Shown in pieces: positions 52,884 to 64,000 of a DNA stretch of 64,000 nt. A model generated the notes under the pieces. It was given only the letters and a program-made list of their open reading frames with translations, was not told where the DNA came from and did no database searches. How positions within the stretch are numbered: position 1 is the first letter of the stretch; each line of letters begins with the position of its first letter. The DNA comes from the human T2T-CHM13v2.0 reference genome, Homo sapiens. The stretch lies in assembly GCF_009914755.1 (NCBI RefSeq), contig NC_060925.1; one strand, 5' to 3'. Made by a program: the position numbers and the translations under genes.

Positions 52884-54074
52884 GATCCTAGCCTTTGAGG
52901 GTTACCTGGCATTCGGAGACAGTTGGGTAAATCTGATGATGGGGTCAGGGCAGCTGCAGCCTATTGGCTTGATTTGTTGTTGTTCTACTGAAAAAGTAGC
53001 AAGGGGAGGCCTGGGCCGGGGTGGTCAGTTCAGTGGCTGCCTTAGACACTGTTCTCCCTTTCTAACCTGAAGCCAGGGTCTGGACAGGGAGGGGCATCCC
53101 AGCAAGAAGTTCAAGGAGCTGTATTTGCTTTGTTGGGCACAGGCCTTCTTCTCTGTGGCTGGGGCCATGGACCTGCTCTGGTGTCCTGACGTTTAGCAGG
53201 AAATGGCACCTAGGCACAGTTGGTAGTCTTTTAAGGCAGATGATGGAAGTGCTGGTAGCTACAGCATCCTCACAGAGGAAGTGGACAAGGGGGCTAGGGT
53301 AGAGAGGAGGATTAGGGCAGATGTACTGTGCAAACTGGCTGGTGAGCACAAGTGAGATGGTTCTTGGGGACCTTCTGCTGTAACTGGGGAGATGTTGCAG
53401 GGGACCAAAGGCCTGCCAGAGCCTGTGAACTTGAGGTGTTCTGTTACTCTGACTCTACATCTGTGGGCTGGGGAGAGGTGGAGAAAGGCTGATGAATGGA
53501 ACCTGGGCCTGGGGCCTCCAGAGAACAGGACTCCCCTTGGGGACCTGGTTCTCATTTGACTATCCTCTCTGAATGCCTATTCCTATCTGACACCTTCCAT
53601 TTTAGGGTTGGAGGAGAGTACTGAAGCACCTCTCACACATGACCTCTGTGGTGTTGCATCCTTCCTTCCATCTCTCCTATTCTTGCTACAGGGGTCTGTG
53701 ATGGCCTTTGGTCCATGGTATCAGACGCTGGCTCAAGGCAATGCAATGTGCTAGAATCTGATTGGATTTACTTGCTTTGCAGGTTGCACGAGACCTAGTT
53801 GTCTCAAGGTAAGAGTCAATAAGTACATCTTATTAACTGATTTGACCTGAGGCACTTTGAGGGGTCCTGTTGTAATCTTGCCACTTTCCTCTGCTTTTCT
53901 CATTTATCCCTCTTTTTTTGCAACTTGAGAAGTAAAACAGCAGCCTACCAAGGTGAGGCCACAGTTGCAGGGATAACATTTGAGCCAAGGCTTCATAAGG
54001 GCTGCTGTAGGAGGGGAGAGCATCCTGGCACTTTAGTGGGCTACGTGGCCGACTGCAATTGCAAGGATTAGCAG

Positions 54075-54350
54075 TGTGAGCCCTGATCCTGCTACCTCTT
54101 TGCTGTGTGACCCCAGACAACTTGCTTCACTTCTCTGAACCTGAGACCTGCCTCACAAAAATGAAGAGGAAGCATATATGCCTTTATATTGGGTAACTGA
54201 AGAGTGATAGATTAATACTGATAATAGTGGTAGCTATCATCCTTTGAAGACCCCTGTGGTGCTTGGCACTTAACCTGTATGATCTATAATTCTCATAAGC
54301 AGCCATCTAGGGGTACTTTTATTTCCATTTCATAAGTAAAGGGGCAATGG
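54075..54350. mobile_element. MIR fragments (+ then -)
   Basis: gctgtgtgaccccagacaacttgcttcacttctctgaacct; atttccatttcataag. Confidence 0.65.
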
Positions 54351-54944
54351 CATGGAGTTTTGCATCCCTTAAAACTTGTTCCTCTTTCCATTTTGTGATT
54401 CTGTGTCTGTGGTGAAGGAGGCCTTCCCTGCCTAACGTGTCCTATTAGCTACTTTGGGAGCTACCGATGGGTGGGCCCAGAGCGGGCCCTGGACACCTGG
54501 CTTCCTGGGACACCTCTGCGTCTCCTACCTCTCCCATCCCTGGAGGTTGCCACGCAAAAGAGTGTTGTGGTTGCGCCTTCTGATTTGGGTGCCCTGTCGC
54601 TCATCAGGATCAAGGCAGGTTCTTAGCAAAATTTAGAATTTGTCAAAGATCTTTGGCCTGGTGCCTCACCCAAAGTGCTGTTTAAGAAGCTCTTTTTTGA
54701 GTTGAATTGTCACCGTCTCATCTCTCCTTTCAAACTAATTTTTTTTTTTCCTGTTTGGGTTCCAGGAATTTTTTTCTCAGCTTTTCCCAGGACCTCCTGG
54801 ATATTTATTTCTGCTGTGCACTATAACCTTGCAAAACATTTAGGGATCTCTAGCTTGTCATCTCAAAGGGGTATAGACATTGGAGTTGTAGAAGAAATTA
54901 ATAAAAATAAAGCTTGAAACTTTCCAGACGAACTTGATTTGAAT

Positions 54945-55100
54945 TAATAATCAATTATTTATATTTATATAACTATAATATTATAATACTATAATATATA
55001 ATATATAACTATAATATAATTATATAATATATGATTAATCAAATATAACAAATTATTACTAATGAATAACTTCTAATTATAACTTTAATTAGATATTAAA
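54945..55100. repeat. AT-rich low-complexity tract
   Basis: taactataatattataatactataatatataat... Confidence 0.9.
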
Positions 55101-55360
55101 ATAGCAGAGAGTAACTAGTTGACTACTTAAAAATGTTTCATAAGAGATGGGTAAGATATGGTAAAGTAGCTTTTATATTTTAATCATTTTCAAATGCAAT
55201 GAATATAATTCTATTCCAGAGTCATAGAAATATGCCAATTTATTTATAATTTACTTTGGTTTCTTTGAAAATAATGCTTTATTTCTCATATAGTCTTCAG
55301 AATAACTTTAACAATGCTTTTGATAGATTGTCTTGTGAAGTAGTTGACAAAAAGAAAATT

Positions 55361-55654
55361 GGCCAGGCATGGTAGCTTGCCCCTGTAATCCCAGCACTTT
55401 GGGAGGCCAAGGCAGGCAGATCACTTGAGGCCAGGAGTTCGAGACCAGCCTGGCCAACATGGTGAAACCCTATCTCTACTAAAAATACAAAAATAAGCTG
55501 GGTGTGGTGGTGCACACCTGTAATCCCAGCTATTGGTGAGCTAAGGCATGAAAATCGCTTGAGCCTGGGAGGCTGAGGTTGCGGTGAGCCGAGATCATGC
55601 CACTGCACTCCAGCCTGGGTGACAAAGAGAGACTCTGTCTAAAAAAAATAAAAT
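55361..55654 (+). mobile_element. Alu (Sz/J-like)
   Basis: Full Alu; TSD aaaaagaaaat (55349-55359, 55655-55665). Confidence 0.96.
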
Positions 55655-57204
55655 AAAAAGAAAATGTGTCATTTAGACAGAGAAAGAGACTCTGTCTAAA
55701 AAAAAAAAAAATACATCGCAAATCTACCAGAATACCCAGAAAGAAGGTATTTATAACAGGGTGACAAATGAAAACTATTTTCGCAGAGAACCTATGTACA
55801 AATCTTATTGTTGAAAAGATTTCTAAAAAGTTATTAAAGACAATTGAATTAGAAATGATCAAAGCTGAAAATCGCAATTAGCTTGAAATAAGAATATCAA
55901 TTTATGTGAGAGAAGGTTGAGTTGTGTAACAAATAATTCAGACATCCCTATGGAGCTGTAGTAACAACTGCTTTTCAAAATTTCCATCTGACATTTTCCC
56001 TCTTCTGTCTGTGAGGATGGAGAAAAGGAGATGGGGTTGGGGGGCAGGACCAGGGAGGAGGGGGCAGTGCTGTGCCCATAGTTAACATGAGCGGCTTCAG
56101 TATGAGTGGCCATGGAACTGATTTTGAAAAAGTTGTATAAACAAAGCCCCTCGCACTCCACAAAAAGATTTTGTTTGGTGTTTATTTATACTGAATTTGT
56201 TTCTAACTTTCCAAGAAAGGAGACAAATGAAGTATCTTGGAGGCAGCAGGGTAAATGAGCATGGGTTTTGGAGTCAGATTACTCAGTTCCACTTTCCTAG
56301 AATGGATCTCAGAATACTCTCCCTACATATTCTTCAGTAGGTAAAGATGATATATGCAAAGCACTGGGCCCACGGTAGATTCTTTTAAAATTACTGCTAG
56401 GATTTGTATGAATGATGTTCTATCAGGAGGATGGCTATGCTAGAAGAAGCACAGTCCAGAGGGTTGAAGCGCATGCTGTGGAAGAGAGTAGACTCTTTTG
56501 TCTAAGCGACTCCACTAGTTCAGGTCAGGACATTCGTCACTTCATGATGCAGGACTGCAAGTACACCAGTGAATAGTTGTGTGTCAACATTTCAAAGCTA
56601 GTTGGCTCCAAGGTATTTCTAGCTTGGAAATTTCCACTAATTGAAGCCTTGCTTTGTACAAAATTCAGTGTGGAGATTGGAAACTGGAGAAATTACCTGG
56701 CTTGCTACCAAGTCTTTTTAATGGCCGCATCTTCGGGCTCTGTTTCTTGGTCTGACTTGGCCACAGGAGAAAACGAATGTCTGTGGTGTCACGAGCCTTG
56801 CTCTGGCTGTCAGAGTCCCCTGCGAGGGAAGCTAATTTTCTAGACATTAACTAAGGGACTTGTGAAGCTCAAAAGGCAACATCACAGAGCTTTCTCTCGA
56901 GTGAATTTGTAGAATGAAAGCCATCCTGTAGTTTTAATACATAGGCCTCAAAGGTGGGGACCGCATACCAGGAGACATTTTTTTAGCAGCTGGTGCCAGC
57001 CTGAAGCATGACACACCAAAGAACCAAGGGGCTCCAGCTGCTCAGGGCCAGGCCAGACTAACCACACTGCCCTGGAGACACAGGAAGACCAATGAGTCCC
57101 TTCTGTATGCCGTCAAGATGCCCTATGGGCCTCCTGAAACTCAAACACCATTTGATTAGTAGGAGAAGAGGGGAGAAACACCCTTGGTAGGAAATTCGAC
57201 TTTG

Positions 57205-57430
57205 TCTTTTTAAAAAAATCTTTTATTTTAGGCTCAAGGGTACATGTTCAGGTTTGTCATATAGGCAAATTGTGTGTCATGGGGGTTTGAGGTACAGATT
57301 ATTTTGTCATCCAAGTAAATAAGCACAGAACCAAACAGGTAGTTTTTCAGTCCTCACCCTCCTCCCACGCTCCACTCTCAAGTAGGCCCTGGTGTCTGCT
57401 CTTCCCTTCTTTGTGTCCATGTGTACTCAA
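57205..57430 (-). mobile_element. Short L1PA15/16-like 3' UTR insertion
   Basis: gggtacatgttcaggtttg...caagtaggccctggtgtc...gtgtactcaa; flanked by c(g/a)actttgt. Confidence 0.9.
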
Positions 57431-58672
57431 CTTTGTTTATTTTTTTTCACAGTTGAGAATTTTAATTTTTCAAAATTATTAATTGATGTCAATCAGTTTG
57501 CAAAATTGAAAGACTAGGACATTCAGGGGTGTGGTTAAAAAAAAACAAAATTAAAATACAATGAACCCTGAAAAGCTGCATTCCAACTTGGACACTGTGT
57601 TAGTGTTGCCTTCCTCTTTGTTTCAGAAAATCATCTCATGTTCCAGGATACTCTAACTATTCACACTTGTATTGTTTCATAGTTTTTTTTTTTTTTTCTT
57701 TCAACTTTTATTTTAGGTTCAGAGAGTACATGTGGAGGTTTGTTACATGGTAAATTTTATGTCACTGGGGTTTGGTGTACAAATGATTTCTTCATGCCCA
57801 GGTAGTGAGCATGGTACCTGATTCAAGCCTTACCCTCCTCCCACCCTCCTTCGTCAAGTAGGCCCTGGTATTTGTTGTTCCCCTCTTTATGCCCCTGTGT
57901 ACTCAATGTTTGGCTCCCGCTTATAAGTGAGAACATGTGGTATTTGGTTTTCTGTTCCTACATTAATTAGCTTAGGATAATGGACTACAGCTGCATCTAT
58001 GTTGCTGAAAAGGACATGATTTCGTGTTTTTTTATGGCTGTGTAGTATTCCATGGTGTATACATACCATATTTTCTTTATCTAGTCCGTCATTGGTGGGC
58101 ATCCAGGTTGATTCCATGTCTTCACTATGGTGACTAACACTGTGATAAACATATGGGTGCATTTTTTTTGGTAGAATGATTTATCTTCCTTTGGGTATAT
58201 GCCCAGTAGTGGGATTGCTGTGTCAAATAATTCTGCTCTAAGTTCTTTGAGAAATTTCCAAATTGCTTTCCACTGTGGCTGAGCTAATTTACATTTCTAC
58301 CATCAGCATATAAGTATTCCCTTTTCTCCACAGCCTCGACAACATGTTATTTTTTGACTTTTTAATAATAACCATTCTGATTGGTGTGAGATGGTATCTC
58401 ATTGTGGTTTTGATTTGCATTTCTCTAATGACTAGTGATGTTGAGCATTTTTTCATATGCTTGTTGGCTGCACGTATGTCTTCTTTTGAGCAGTGTCTGT
58501 TCATGTCCTTTGCCCATTTTTAAATGGGGTTGTTTTTCAGCTATTGATTTGTTTAAATTCCTTATAGATTCTGAATATTAGATCTTTGCTGAATGCATAG
58601 TTCATGAATATTTTCTCATTTTGTAGGTTGTCTGTTTATTGATGTCTTCTTTTGCTGTGCAGAAGCTCTTTA

Positions 58673-58983
58673 TTTTATTTTTAAATTTAGTTTATTTTTA
58701 TTTTTTGCCATTGCCCAAGCTGGAGTGCAATAGTGTGATCATAGGTCACTGCAGCCTCCATCTTCCAGCATCAAGAAATCCTCCCACCTCAGCCTATGGA
58801 ACAGCTGGGACTACAGGCATGTGCCACTACACCCAGCTGACTATTTATTTATTTATTTTTATTCTTAGTAGAGACAAGGTCTCACTATGTTTCCTAGGCT
58901 GTTCTCAAACTCCTGAGCTCAAGCAATCCTGCCTTGGCCTCCCAAAGTGCTGGGATTACAGGCATGAACCACTGCATCTGGCC
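58673..58983 (-). mobile_element. AluJ inside L1
   Basis: 12-bp TSD agaagctcttta (58661-58672, 58984-58995). Confidence 0.93.
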
Positions 58984-60890
58984 AGAAGCTCTTTAGTTTA
59001 ATTAGGTCCTACTTATCTATTTTTGTTTTTGTTGCAATTGCTTTTGGAGACTTCATTATGAAATCTTTGCCAAGGCCTATGTTCAGAATGGTATTTCCTA
59101 GGTTTTCTATTAGGGTTTTTATAGTTTTAGGTTTTACATTTAAGTCTTTAATTTATTTTGAGTTGATTTTTCTATGTAGTGAAAGGAAGGGATCTAGATT
59201 CAATCTTCTGCATATGGCTAGCCATTTATCCCAGCACCACTTATTGAATAGGGAGTCCTTCCCCATTGCTTGTTATTGTCAACTTTGTGGAAAATCAGAT
59301 GGTTGTAGGCATGTGACTTTATTTCTGGGTTCGTTAACCTGTTCCATTAGTCTATGTATCTGTTTTTGTACCAGTACCATGCTGTTTTGGTTACTGTAGC
59401 CTTGTAGTATAGTTTGAAGTTGGGTAACGTGATACCTCAGGTAATGTGATGCCTTTGTTCTTTTTGCTTGGGATTACTTTGGGTATTTGGGCTTCTTTTT
59501 GGTTCCATATGAATTTTAGAATAGTTTCTTATAATTCTGTGAAAAATGACATTGGTAGTTCGGTAGGAATAGCACTGAATATGTAAATTGCTTTGAGCAG
59601 TATGGCCATTATAATGATATTGATTCTTCCTGTACATGAGCATAAAATATTTTTTCCATTTGTTTATGTTGTCTCTGATTTCTTTCAGCAGTGTTGTGTA
59701 GTTCTCATTGTAGTGAACTTTCACCTCCCTGGTTAGCTGTATTACTAGATATTTTGTTCTTTTTGTGGCTATTGTGAGTGGGATTACATTCTTGATTTGG
59801 CTCTCAGCTTGGATGTTATTGGTGTATAGAAATAATACTGATTTTTGTACATTGATTTCATATCCTGAAACTTTACTGAAATTGTTTATCAGTTTTAGGA
59901 CCTTTTAGGCAGAGACTAGGGGGTTTTCTAGGTATAGAATCATATCGTCTGCAAAGAGAGATAGTTTGACTTCCTCTCTTCCTATTTGGATGCCTTTTAT
60001 TTCTTTCTCTTGCCCGATTGCTATGGCTAGGATTTCCAGTACTAAATTGAGTAGGAGTGGCAAGAGTGGGCATCGTTATCTTGTTCCAATTCTCATGGGG
60101 AATGCGTCCAGCTTTTGCTCATTCAGTAAGATGCTGGTTTGTCATGGGGGCTCTCATTATTTTGAAGTATGTTCCTTTGATACCTAGTTTGTTGAGCTAC
60201 TAGCTCATGAAGGGATGTTGAATATATATATATATATATATTTTTTTTTTAACATGAAGGGATATTGAATATTATCAAAAGCCATCTCTGTGTCTATTGA
60301 GATGATCATGTGGGTTTTGTTTTTAGTTCTGTTTATGTAATGAATCACGTTTATTGATTTGCATATGTTGAACCAACCTTGAATCCCAGGAATAAATCCT
60401 ACTTGATCATGGTGAATTATCTTTTTGATGTGCTGCTGGATTCAGTTTGGCAGCATTTTGTTGAGGATTTTTGTGCCTATGTTCATCAGGGATATTGGCC
60501 TGAAGTTTTCTTTTTTCATTGTTTCTCTGACAGATTTTGGTATCAGAATGATGCTGGCCTCATAGAATCAGTTAGGGAGGAGTTTCTTCTCAGTTTTTTG
60601 GAATAACTTCAGTAGGATTGGTACCAGCTCCTTCATTGTATTTGTGGTAGAATTTGGCTGTGAATCTATCTGGTCCAGGGGTTTTTCTGGTTGGTAGGTT
60701 TTTATTACTGATTTAATCTTGGAACTCATTATGGTCTGTTCAGGACTTCAATTTCTTCCTGGTTCAATCTTGGAAGGTTGTATGTTTCCAGGAATTCACC
60801 CATTTCTTTTAGGTTTTCTAGTTTTTATAAGTAGAATTATTCACAATAGTCTCTGATGGGTTTTTTGTATTGCTGTGGGGTTGATGGTAA

Positions 60891-61241
<351 letters not shown>

Positions 61242-61883
61242 TAGATTTTAGAGGCAGACACAGAGGAGGAGAAAATGCTCTTGTCTGGGACCCAGAAGTC
61301 CTCTTTTTTTCTTTATTAATGTAGCTAGCAGTCTATAAACATTGTTTATTCTTTTACAAAACAAACTTTTGGTTTTGTTTATCATTTGTATAGATTTTTG
61401 CATCTCAATTTCATTCAGTTCAGCTCTGATTTTGTTATTTATTTTCTTCTGCTGTCTTTGGGGTTGGTTTGCTCTTGCTTTTCTAGTTCATCTAGGTATG
61501 ATGTTAGGTTGTTAATTTGAGATCTTTCTAATTTCTTGATGTAGGCATTTAGCACTATGAACTTTCTTCTTAACACTGCTTTAGATGTGTCCCAGAAAGT
61601 CTGGTATGTTTGATCTTTGTTTTCATTAGTTTCAAATAATTTTTTTATTTCTGCCTTAATTTATTTCTTTACCCAATGGTCATTGATGAGCAGGTTGTTT
61701 AATTTCCATGTAATTGTATGGTTTTGAGAGATGTCCTTAATACTGATTTCTATTTTTGTTGCACTGTTGTCCAAGACAGTACTTGGCATTATTTTATGTT
61801 TTTTTTTTTGGAGGAAATTCAACTTTGAATTGATTCAGTTTTTTTTCTCTTAAAAAGCTGAGATATCCCAAAAGAAAAAAAAA

Positions 61884-62178
61884 ATTTTTTTTGAGACAGG
61901 TTATTGTTCTGTCTCCCAGGCTGGAGTGCAGTGATACGATCATGCCTAACTGCAGCCGTGGATTCCTGGGCTCAGGTGATCCTCCCATCTCAGCCTCCTG
62001 AACAGCTGGGACTGTAGGTATGTACCATCATGCCTGGCTAATTAAAAAAATTTTGCTTTTTAGAGATGGGGTCTTGCTATGTTGCCCAGGCTGGTCTTGA
62101 ACGCCTGAGCTCAAGTGATCCTCCTACCTCAGCCTCCCAAAATGCTGGTATTACAAGTGTGAGCAACTGAGCATGGCT
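61884..62178 (-). mobile_element. AluJ
   Basis: ggctcaggtgatcctccc...ctatgttgcccaggctggtc. Confidence 0.93.
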
Positions 62179-62758
62179 GAAAAACTGTTTTAAGTCAGCA
62201 GGGTCTTAAGCAACTTTAAACAGCATGTTTAAACGCCCCTTCTCTTACTGCCTAGAGAGATTTAGGGCTCAATAATAAAACTAAATTTGGCTTTAAAAAA
62301 GGTAAAACCTTTTTTTACACATCTGAGCCATACGTATAATTTTTGTATTTCTACATATATCAAATAATAAATATAAAAGATACAAAAGGATTAGGATTAG
62401 TAGGGTGAAAACAAAATAATACAACATAGTTAAGATGAATCAAAAAGTGGGTACACTATATGCCATAAATGTCTTCTCAGTTATGAAGTGGGCTTCAGTT
62501 TTGGCTCTGAACTTCTTTGCAGCTAGAATAAGAAGAGAACACAATTAGTCACAGGTGTCACATTTTTAGAAGGTGAAAGAAAAATAGTTGCTCTGAAGAA
62601 GATTTCTAGACACTGAAGTTGGGGAGACCATGAGGTGCTTAGTGATGCATTAGACAAATAACACCTGTGGGAAACAACTTGATGGGAATTTGTTAATTTT
62701 TTCAAGAAATATTTATAGAATGTGCACATTATGCTTATCATGCAGGTACTGGGGATGT

Positions 62759-62817
62759 GCAATGGACTGATGTTTATGTCCCCCCAACAGATTCATATGT
62801 TGAAATCTAACCCCCAG
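62759..62817 (+). mobile_element. MLT1A-like LTR 5' fragment
   Basis: atggactgatgtttatgtcccc...attcatatgttgaaatctaaccccc. Confidence 0.7.
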
Positions 62818-62924
62818 CTGCAAGGTTTGAGCCAAGACCTCTGGGGATATCTGATAGAGTCTGCTAAGAGGAGAAACTTGAGCTGGTTCCTGGAGGATCA
62901 GGGACAACCATGATAACAAAAGCA

Positions 62925-63095
62925 AACTTTTGTTTGGTGCTTACTTCGTCTATTCTAGGAACTATTCTAAACAATTTTCCATCGAATGTGTTGGTTAGCT
63001 TATTTTAATATTCACAACAGCTCTGTGAAGCAGGTAGTACTATTATAGTCCCCATTCTACAGATGAGGAAACAGAGACACAGGTAAGTCAGGCAT
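62925..63095 (-). mobile_element. MIR SINE
   Basis: tcacaacagctctgtgaagcaggta...ccccattctacagatgaggaaacagag. Confidence 0.85.
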
Positions 63096-63149
63096 CATGC
63101 TGTGGATTTCCTAGCTGGTAAGCAATGGCAAGCAATGGAGCCCCCCTTC

Positions 63150-63538
63150 CCCTCCTCCGTGAGGGATTTACTTCTACTCATCCTTCCAGTCTTCTCTGGG
63201 AGACCTTTCCTGATTCCCTTGATGAGGCTGAGTTTTCTGGTTGCGTGTTCTAACAGCATGCTGTACTTGCCCTGCTTAGAACTTACCACATTATATGATT
63301 ACAAATTTATCTATGTACATTATTCATTCAATCTGTTAAATTATTTATAACTTACTAGATAATTATTACATATTGTTATTTATAACATATAAATAAAAGT
63401 TATTTAATGTCTGTTTCTCCCTGTAGACTGTAATCTCCATTAGGGCAGAAACTATGCATGCATTTTCTCATTATTTGATCTCTAGTGCAAGAGTTTGACA
63501 CACATAAGGCACTCAATAAATATTTTTTAAGTGAATGG
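63150..63538 (+). mobile_element. L2 3' end
   Basis: tagactgtaatctccattagggcag...ggcactcaataaatatt...gtgaatg. Confidence 0.8.
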
Positions 63539-64000
63539 AGCCAGGATAGGGCTTGAGCTGTAGGAAGAATTCATGGTAGAAACCTAAGGTGGCTGGGAAC
63601 GAGAGTGGGCATGGGGTTTGGAGATATTTTAGGACAAACCTTCCACAAATCATACCATCTATGTGGATTCCTCCTTTTTTGTTGTTGTTTGCCTTCAAAT
63701 AAACTCTGACCAGAATTACCCACCCAGGAAGGTAAGCTGTTTGCCTTTCTGGCGCAGAGGCAAGAAAGAAGGAAGGAGAGCTGGAAGAGCCGCTTTTCCT
63801 TCTATGATTGCATTGGCCTATTGCATGTTTCCTGAACCAGTATAGCAGTGCAGAATATGCCAGGACACATTTTTATGTCTTAATTTTCTTTTCCTCCCTG
63901 AGTCTCTAAGAGATAGAGGCATAGAGGACCTCATGCTGGGAGGCAGCTTGTGTTACATTTTCCTTTGTTCCCTGTTTCCCATTTTTGGAAGGCCCCTCAC

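Overview
Primate (very likely human or great ape) genomic DNA, judged from AluJ/S/Y, L1PA/L1M, L2, MIR, MaLR/ERVL LTRs and hAT DNA transposons. A CpG island at about 4.85-6.5 kb holds a likely promoter and a non-coding first exon ending at a strong donor (AAG|GTAAGC, 5536/5537). The remaining ~58 kb looks like a long, repeat-rich first intron of a plus-strand gene; most L1s and LTRs lie antisense, as expected inside an intron. I cannot name the gene, and I find no credible protein-coding exon, RNA gene or new biological system; the supplied ORFs are repeat-derived or chance. The most interesting structures are insertion and repair scars: a TSD-flanked retrocopy of an unidentified transcript (13.0-13.6 kb), an old L1 with an apparent 3' transduction (57.2-61.8 kb), an AluYd-type element carrying 64 bp of foreign 5' sequence, a twin-primed L1, and several templated insertions. 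There are also candidate micro-exons and enhancer-like motif clusters. Repeat subfamily names come from recalled consensus sequences; boundaries are approximate unless TSDs are quoted.
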